In this document: positions 59,169 through 64,000 of the stretch, one piece after another
Layout: every line of letters begins with the position of its first letter
How positions within the stretch are numbered: the stretch's first letter is position 1
DNA from: an uncultured virus (IMG/VR IMGVR_UViG_3300034110_000988)
Lineage: Duplodnaviria; Heunggongvirae; Uroviricota; Caudoviricetes
DNA: 64,000 nucleotides
IMG/VR virus record: IMGVR_UViG_3300034110_000988
Reading direction: 5' to 3' (one strand)
Notes under the pieces: model-generated
What the model saw: the letters and a program-made list of their open reading frames with translations, nothing else
Told to the model about the DNA's origin: nothing
Databases searched by the model: none
Program-made: the position numbers and the translations under genes

Positions 59169-59783
59169 ATGTTAACTTTAAAAGAACTCAAACTTCAAAT
59201 AAATGATTTCTATCAAAAACTAAACGATCCAGTTTATATTAATAGTGTTTTAACCAATCACCCGGCCACGTTTACAAAAACTATCTGGTCAAAAGACATG
59301 GCTTATTCATTAAAACCTTTCGGGTTAGAACTCCTTGGTTTTAAAGGTTCTAAATACCTTACAAAGAAGCCCGTTAATGCCAAATATCTCTATGAACATA
59401 AATTAATTGATGACACTATTAGAGAAGTGCTGGTTCATGATAAAGTTGGTAATCATATTCAAACCGATTACTTATACCGAGATGGTGACGCTTTTTTTGA
59501 ACTAAGCTTCGATTTAGTTGATAGTCAGGCAACTTCATTAACTAATGTTGTTTACAAAGACGATAGAATTATTTCATCATTAAGAGTTGATTCCGATAAA
59601 CATTTTTGGTATTCAGAATACGTTTATGTTGAAGGTCGCATAAAGCAAATTTTAGTGAGACAATATAACAGTCAGGATGGTAAGTATGTTGGAACTATTG
59701 AAGTAGATTATATTGATAACATGGTTTCAAATATTTATTATTATTATCTTGGCAAAAGATATAACTATTACATTTATAGATAA
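59169..59783 (+). CDS. hypothetical beta-rich protein
   Basis: Tyr-rich strand repeats. Confidence 0.6.
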   Translation: MLTLKELKLQINDFYQKLNDPVYINSVLTNHPATFTKTIWSKDMAYSLKPFGLELLGFKGSKYLTKKPVNAKYLYEHKLIDDTIREVLVHDKVGNHIQTDYLYRDGDAFFELSFDLVDSQATSLTNVVYKDDRIISSLRVDSDKHFWYSEYVYVEGRIKQILVRQYNSQDGKYVGTIEVDYIDNMVSNIYYYYLGKRYNYYIYR

Positions 59784-59810
59784 TGAAAAAGCCTACTAAT
59801 AGGCTTTTTG

Positions 59811-60032
59811 TTATTCTTCTACTACGATATAATGACACCAAATATCAAATTCTGGTAAAAAGCATTGGTTATGTCCGTTTATTTTTTCTGGTTCAAATAC
59901 TGTATCGCCTAATGCTATTAATGCTTTCAGTTTTCTGATAATGTAGAACGACTCCATAATAGATAATTCTGTCAACTCTTCTTCTGTATAATTTTGGTTA
60001 ACAATGATATCTTTATCTAGTTTTACTTTCAT
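59811..60032 (-). CDS. hypothetical protein
   Basis: AAGGAG RBS. Confidence 0.65.
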   Translation of the reverse strand: MKVKLDKDIIVNQNYTEEELTELSIMESFYIIRKLKALIALGDTVFEPEKINGHNQCFLPEFDIWCHYIVVEE

Positions 60033-60208
60033 TTTTTGAACTCCTTTAAATGTTAATTTTTTGATATTTTAGTTGACTTATTATACAATATATTAAAAAA
60101 AAGTCTACTGGGTTTGCGATGCTTATTAATTTTATTTTTTGTTGGCGTTCATCAACGTTTGTGCTATAATCATCTTGTAGGCAACCATTAACCACACGAG
60201 ATTTCGCC

Positions 60209-60739
60209 ATGATTAGTTTGAAAAACATTCTGGATGTCGCTGAAGCCACCTTTAAGGTTGCTGCAGCAAAAGGTTACTCAGTCAACAAAGTGGTTACGTT
60301 TGCTGTCAATCCACGTTTAAATTCATCTTTGGGAGTTTTTAAAGTCAAAAAAACAGAATTGTATGGTGTTGTCAGTGAAACAATGAGCATTGACATCAGT
60401 GGCCGTTTTACTGAAGTTGGGGAACAGTTCATTGATACCGTTCGTCATGAAATTGCTCATTTTATTGCTTACATACATTTTGGAGATCTGTCACATGGAC
60501 CGAAATGGAAGAAAATAGCATCCGATTTGGGAGCGGTGCCAAAGTCTTATGTGATGCTGACTGATAATGATCCTGTCGCTCCTGCAAAGGTCCGTCAAAA
60601 ACGTTTGGTGATTAGAGCACGATGCGTTTGTTGCCCAAAACTTTATCGGCCAAAAAAAGAACAAAAAATCCAAATTCAATCTGGATTGATACCTTGTCCT
60701 AAATGCAAAGTCAAAAAACTTTATCTGGTTAAAGTTTAA
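60209..60739 (+). CDS. SprT-like zinc metalloprotease
   Basis: HEIAH, HGPKWK, C-terminal Cys pairs. Confidence 0.85.
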   Translation: MISLKNILDVAEATFKVAAAKGYSVNKVVTFAVNPRLNSSLGVFKVKKTELYGVVSETMSIDISGRFTEVGEQFIDTVRHEIAHFIAYIHFGDLSHGPKWKKIASDLGAVPKSYVMLTDNDPVAPAKVRQKRLVIRARCVCCPKLYRPKKEQKIQIQSGLIPCPKCKVKKLYLVKV

Positions 60740-60755
60740 AGTCCTTTTTTGTTTT

Positions 60756-61556
60756 TTATATTTTAATCATTTTCAACATTTTTTGAACTTGTTTGTACGT
60801 CATGTCATCAGTAAAAAAATAATCATTCACAATCGTTTCAAACGTATCTTTTGGATTATTGATAGCCCACTTAATTAAACAGTCATTTAACAAGACTTTG
60901 TATTTTGATTGATCTAATCCTTCAAACACTTGTTCAGGCTCATTTTTAAACTTAAATGTCCCCTTTCCAGTTGCCTTATTATATATAGATGAAAATAAAA
61001 CATTGTTCTTTGCTTCTTTTATATTGTAAATGACTAAATTGTTTCTAATGTCATGTTGAAGAGATGTTCTTTTTTTGATTGTTGTATTTTTATATAGAAA
61101 ATCTTCCATAACACTGGGTTTTCGGTATTTGGCAGCTTGCTCTTGGGTGACTATCCCTAAAACATTATCTTCTCTGAGATAGTTTACTTTTCGGTGAAGC
61201 CACACTGCACTGACACCATCTTTGATAAATAAAGTGCCTATACCTTTATCCTTATATTGATTAACAAAGTATTCAATCTCATCTTTGTCTAACTTGAACA
61301 AAATATGATCAGCACAATTAACAAAGGAGTCAGCACGATACGCAGAAGCGTTTATATTACCATTCATTAAAATTTTACCGTTGTAGTTGAGGTATAAATT
61401 TGTAAGACTTTTGCTTTTGGGTTTGTTGGTTACCTTGTAAGTCAGTCCATTGCTGGATTGAATAGACACTGCAGTGACGACCTTTGCCCCTGTTTTTGGA
61501 TTTTCCGTTTCTACGGTTTCAAATTTTATTATGTGTTGCTCTTTAAAGATAGCCAT
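60756..61556 (-). CDS. hypothetical protein with C-terminal MxxI motif
   Basis: ends QKMLKMIKI. Confidence 0.75.
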   Translation of the reverse strand: MAIFKEQHIIKFETVETENPKTGAKVVTAVSIQSSNGLTYKVTNKPKSKSLTNLYLNYNGKILMNGNINASAYRADSFVNCADHILFKLDKDEIEYFVNQYKDKGIGTLFIKDGVSAVWLHRKVNYLREDNVLGIVTQEQAAKYRKPSVMEDFLYKNTTIKKRTSLQHDIRNNLVIYNIKEAKNNVLFSSIYNKATGKGTFKFKNEPEQVFEGLDQSKYKVLLNDCLIKWAINNPKDTFETIVNDYFFTDDMTYKQVQKMLKMIKI

Positions 61557-61690
61557 GCCCCTTCACCTCAAATAATACTTCATGTTACATCAAAAAGAAT
61601 ATTAATCAAATCTTGATATTTCTTTTATATTTTGTTGTTTAAATAATGATTTTTTGCTATAATATCTATCTACATTTAATGGAGAATTAC

Positions 61691-62083
61691 ATGTCTATTC
61701 ATCAACAGTTACAAGCAATTAAAGATAAAATTGATGCTTTAAAACCAGAGTTTGTAATCTATATTAAAGATCAATCAGTTCCATTGATTGAGCGATGGGA
61801 TGCTTTTGTTCTGGCTGATAGTCGTTTGAAAGAGCATAATAACTACGGCCCCGGCTTTGCATCATTAGATCGTGAAATTGTTGGGCATGACCGAGTTATC
61901 CATATGGTTCGTGAATCTACTAAAGACACTTGTGTTTTGGTGGATGATATCATGAATAAGCAGCTTAATCTTGATGAGATTCGTAGTGATTATGATGCCA
62001 ATCTATTAGAAAAAGTAGATATTGATGCGTTGAAGGAAGAAATTCTTGCTGCCAATTGTGGTTCGTTTACTTTTGATTTCTAA
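61691..62083 (+). CDS. hypothetical protein, paralogue of 8308
   Basis: PLIERW, EEILAANCGSFTFDF. Confidence 0.75.
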   Translation: MSIHQQLQAIKDKIDALKPEFVIYIKDQSVPLIERWDAFVLADSRLKEHNNYGPGFASLDREIVGHDRVIHMVRESTKDTCVLVDDIMNKQLNLDEIRSDYDANLLEKVDIDALKEEILAANCGSFTFDF

Positions 62084-62099
62084 TTCAGAATTTTGGCTG

Positions 62100-62128
62100 T
62101 TGACGCTTTTGTCTTAATAGGCTATAAT
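62100..62128 (+). promoter_or_regulatory. sigma70 promoter of tRNA operon
   Basis: TTGACG-17-TATAAT. Confidence 0.85.
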
Positions 62129-62160
62129 GCCCACCTGTCATACGTTGTTGTATGACACAT

Positions 62161-62238
62161 CTATGTGTAGCTCAGTTTGGTTAGAGCATCTGCTGCTGAA
62201 GCGGAAGGACATTGGTTCAAATCCAGTCGCATAGGCCA
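62161..62238 (+). tRNA. Arg-like tRNA body with CTG anticodon and G33
   Basis: CTATGTG/CGCATAG-GCCA; TCTGC-TG-CTG-AA-GCGGA; resembles tRNA-Arg at 37209. Confidence 0.75.
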
Positions 62239-62345
62239 GTTTGTTGAAAAGAAGTGCTGTAATAGTGCCAGTGTGCTGATTTAGGTGGCGACGAGTTACT
62301 AAGTTAGATGACATGGTTACAGTTAGGAAAGTCGCTATAACAAAC
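62239..62345 (+). ncRNA. pseudoknotted RNA directly 3' of tRNA
   Basis: GTTTGTT/AACAAAC closing; crossing helices GCTGTAAT/GTTACAGT and GTGGCGAC/GTCGCTAT. Confidence 0.55.
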
Positions 62346-62403
62346 ATCCGAGAAAAGCTTTGTGGATTAAACTTCTCTAAGCAAAGATAAACTTTTCTCA
62401 AAC

Positions 62404-62487
62404 GCCCATGTGGTGGAATGGTAGACGCGGTGGATTCAAAATCCTCTGTCGAAAGACGTGTCGGTTCGAGTCCGACCTTGGGCACCA
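62404..62487 (+). tRNA. tRNA-Leu(CAA)
   Basis: GTGGA-TT-CAA-AA-TCCTC, variable arm GTC-GAAA-GAC, CCA. Confidence 0.92.
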
Positions 62488-62522
62488 AATTAACAGCATT
62501 ATCTTAAAGGCACTCTATTATC

Positions 62523-62738
62523 ATGTTTAAAGCATTTAAAGCTATGTTCTCGAAACCTGTCACCAAACCAGCATGCTTGGAATATCTGGTGTCTTATGGC
62601 TCTGGTCAATTCATTCTTTGGAATATGGATCGCACTCAACAATTAAATACCTTCCATGAGCATGAATCCAACAAAATTAAACGTTGGGCGAAAATCAATG
62701 GCTATCACATTGCCGAAAAGTTTGAAACTGTGATCTAA
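62523..62738 (+). CDS. small protein, tandem paralogue of 62814
   Basis: EY...YGSG.FI, TF.EHES, HxAE. Confidence 0.75.
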   Translation: MFKAFKAMFSKPVTKPACLEYLVSYGSGQFILWNMDRTQQLNTFHEHESNKIKRWAKINGYHIAEKFETVI

Positions 62739-62813
62739 ACAAGCCGACATTGGTTGCGTTTTATGATGTTATTTGGTAAAATGGCATTATCAAATTCCTT
62801 ATGGAGCATTGAA

Positions 62814-63038
62814 ATGATGAAAATCTTGCAGAGCTTTAAACGCTTATTTGCCGTAGAAGACACAACGCCTGTTAGTGTTGAATACGTCAGCGATTATGGT
62901 TCGGGATCTTTTATTGTTCGCAGTCTTGACCATAAGGTTACGTTGAAAACGTTCCAAGAGCATGAATCTCGCCAGATGAAACCTTGGATGAAAGCTAATT
63001 GTTTTCATGTCGCTGAACGCTTAAACACTATTATCTAA
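62814..63038 (+). CDS. small protein, paralogue of 62523
   Basis: same motifs; GGAG RBS. Confidence 0.75.
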   Translation: MMKILQSFKRLFAVEDTTPVSVEYVSDYGSGSFIVRSLDHKVTLKTFQEHESRQMKPWMKANCFHVAERLNTII

Positions 63039-63056
63039 TTATTCAGGAGTGTTATC

Positions 63057-63260
63057 ATGGGTCAAGCTCGAAATCGTGGTTCTTTTGAAGACCGAAAAGC
63101 TAAATCTATTGTCGCTGAACAAGAACGGCTGGCCGCTTATGATCGTCGTCAAGCGTTGATTGAACTCAATCGCACACCCGAAGAACGTGCCGCTCGTAAA
63201 CGATCCCGCCATGCTTACCACACCATGATGGCAATTGCGGCTGGTGGTTTGATTCGCTGA
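63057..63260 (+). CDS. small basic phage protein (MGQARNRG type)
   Basis: AGGAG RBS; Arg-rich. Confidence 0.7.
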   Translation: MGQARNRGSFEDRKAKSIVAEQERLAAYDRRQALIELNRTPEERAARKRSRHAYHTMMAIAAGGLIR

Positions 63261-63274
63261 TTTTGGAGTGACTT

Positions 63275-63562
63275 ATGACTGATAAGATTAAAGTAACCAT
63301 TACCTATGAGTATGAGACGCTTCAAAAGGAAACACTTCTTTTTGCGAACATTTGTTTAGGTATTAGTATTGTTGTTTTTATGGTGTTCTTTCTGATTCGT
63401 CATCATGACATGAACAGTTTTATACCGGGAAACAGCAGTTATTTGTATCATTCTATGGACTCAGTGGCTCGTTTTAAAGTTGGCTTGTTAATCCACAAGA
63501 TTTTCGTTGCTCTTGCTGGTATCGGTTATTTGTCTTACTTTATCCAGAAGTTTCAAAAATAA
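63275..63562 (+). CDS. two-TM membrane protein
   Basis: GGAG RBS; terminator follows. Confidence 0.65.
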   Translation: MTDKIKVTITYEYETLQKETLLFANICLGISIVVFMVFFLIRHHDMNSFIPGNSSYLYHSMDSVARFKVGLLIHKIFVALAGIGYLSYFIQKFQK

Positions 63563-63664
63563 ATTAAAATTCATATTTTCAACAAAGCTGTCATTATGAT
63601 GGCTTTTTTTGTTCCATTTTTTTGTAGTTCCTGTTATAATCATGGCTCAATTTTGGGAGTTCGT

Positions 63665-64000
63665 ATGAATATTAAAATCATGTTGTTCAGTGTTTTTGCT
63701 CTGTTTCTGACAGGTTGCACCATCGGTTATTCTACTCACACGACCGCATTGCCTAACAATTATCGAGTGGTGTCTATTGCGAATACACCCGAATTGAAGG
63801 CCGACTTGTTGTCGATGACAGATTTCAACATTTTTTACAATCAAGTCCTGCCAGAATCGTGCCGTGGTGTTATTCAAGTGGGCGACTACATCCCCATGAT
63901 AGAAGAAACAACAACCACCTCATTGACGGTTGGTGAAGTGAAGACATTACAACCCTTGTTTCGGAGTGGTGAGTGCATTAAAGCCTCAAAAGATGCGGGT
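63665..64000 (+). CDS. lipoprotein, truncated by window edge
   Basis: GGAG RBS; MNIKIMLFSVFALFLTGC lipobox. Confidence 0.7.
   Translation, partial: MNIKIMLFSVFALFLTGCTIGYSTHTTALPNNYRVVSIANTPELKADLLSMTDFNIFYNQVLPESCRGVIQVGDYIPMIEETTTTSLTVGEVKTLQPLFRSGECIKASKDAG

Overview
AT-rich, gene-dense accessory region that looks like a jumbo/giant phage, or possibly a phage-like megaplasmid. The host is probably a gammaproteobacterium, since the SspB homologue is Pseudomonas-like. No capsid, tail or replication core genes are visible, so the element type is inferred. About 100 mostly short ORFs are present, many with their own sigma70-type promoter and intrinsic terminator. Recognisable products: two Gfd2/YDR514C-type DEDDh exonucleases, a triple BRO-N-like protein, vWA, CreA, MazG-like, ASCH, NUDT16-like Nudix, two 2OG-Fe(II)-like paralogues, SspB, a SprT-like protease and a minimal valyl-tRNA synthetase. 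Seven RNA loci carry 9 largely canonical tRNAs, 7 aberrant tRNA-like RNAs and about 8 unexplained structured ncRNAs. The aberrant RNAs have shortened or greatly enlarged anticodon or D arms, or an Ala acceptor stem with a non-canonical T-loop. Top leads: (1) this tRNA-mimic/ncRNA set; (2) valS appears to need a -1 frameshift at TTA-AAC-GTA(Val), a candidate valine-sensing recoding switch; (3) ten mostly unrelated AT-rich proteins share a C-terminal hydrophobic-hydrophobic-x-M-x-x-I-stop signal; (4) a family of secreted 90-aa Trp/Cys/Arg repeat proteins with 9, 2 and 1 repeats and exchanged tips. All structures and family calls were made by eye and need computational confirmation.
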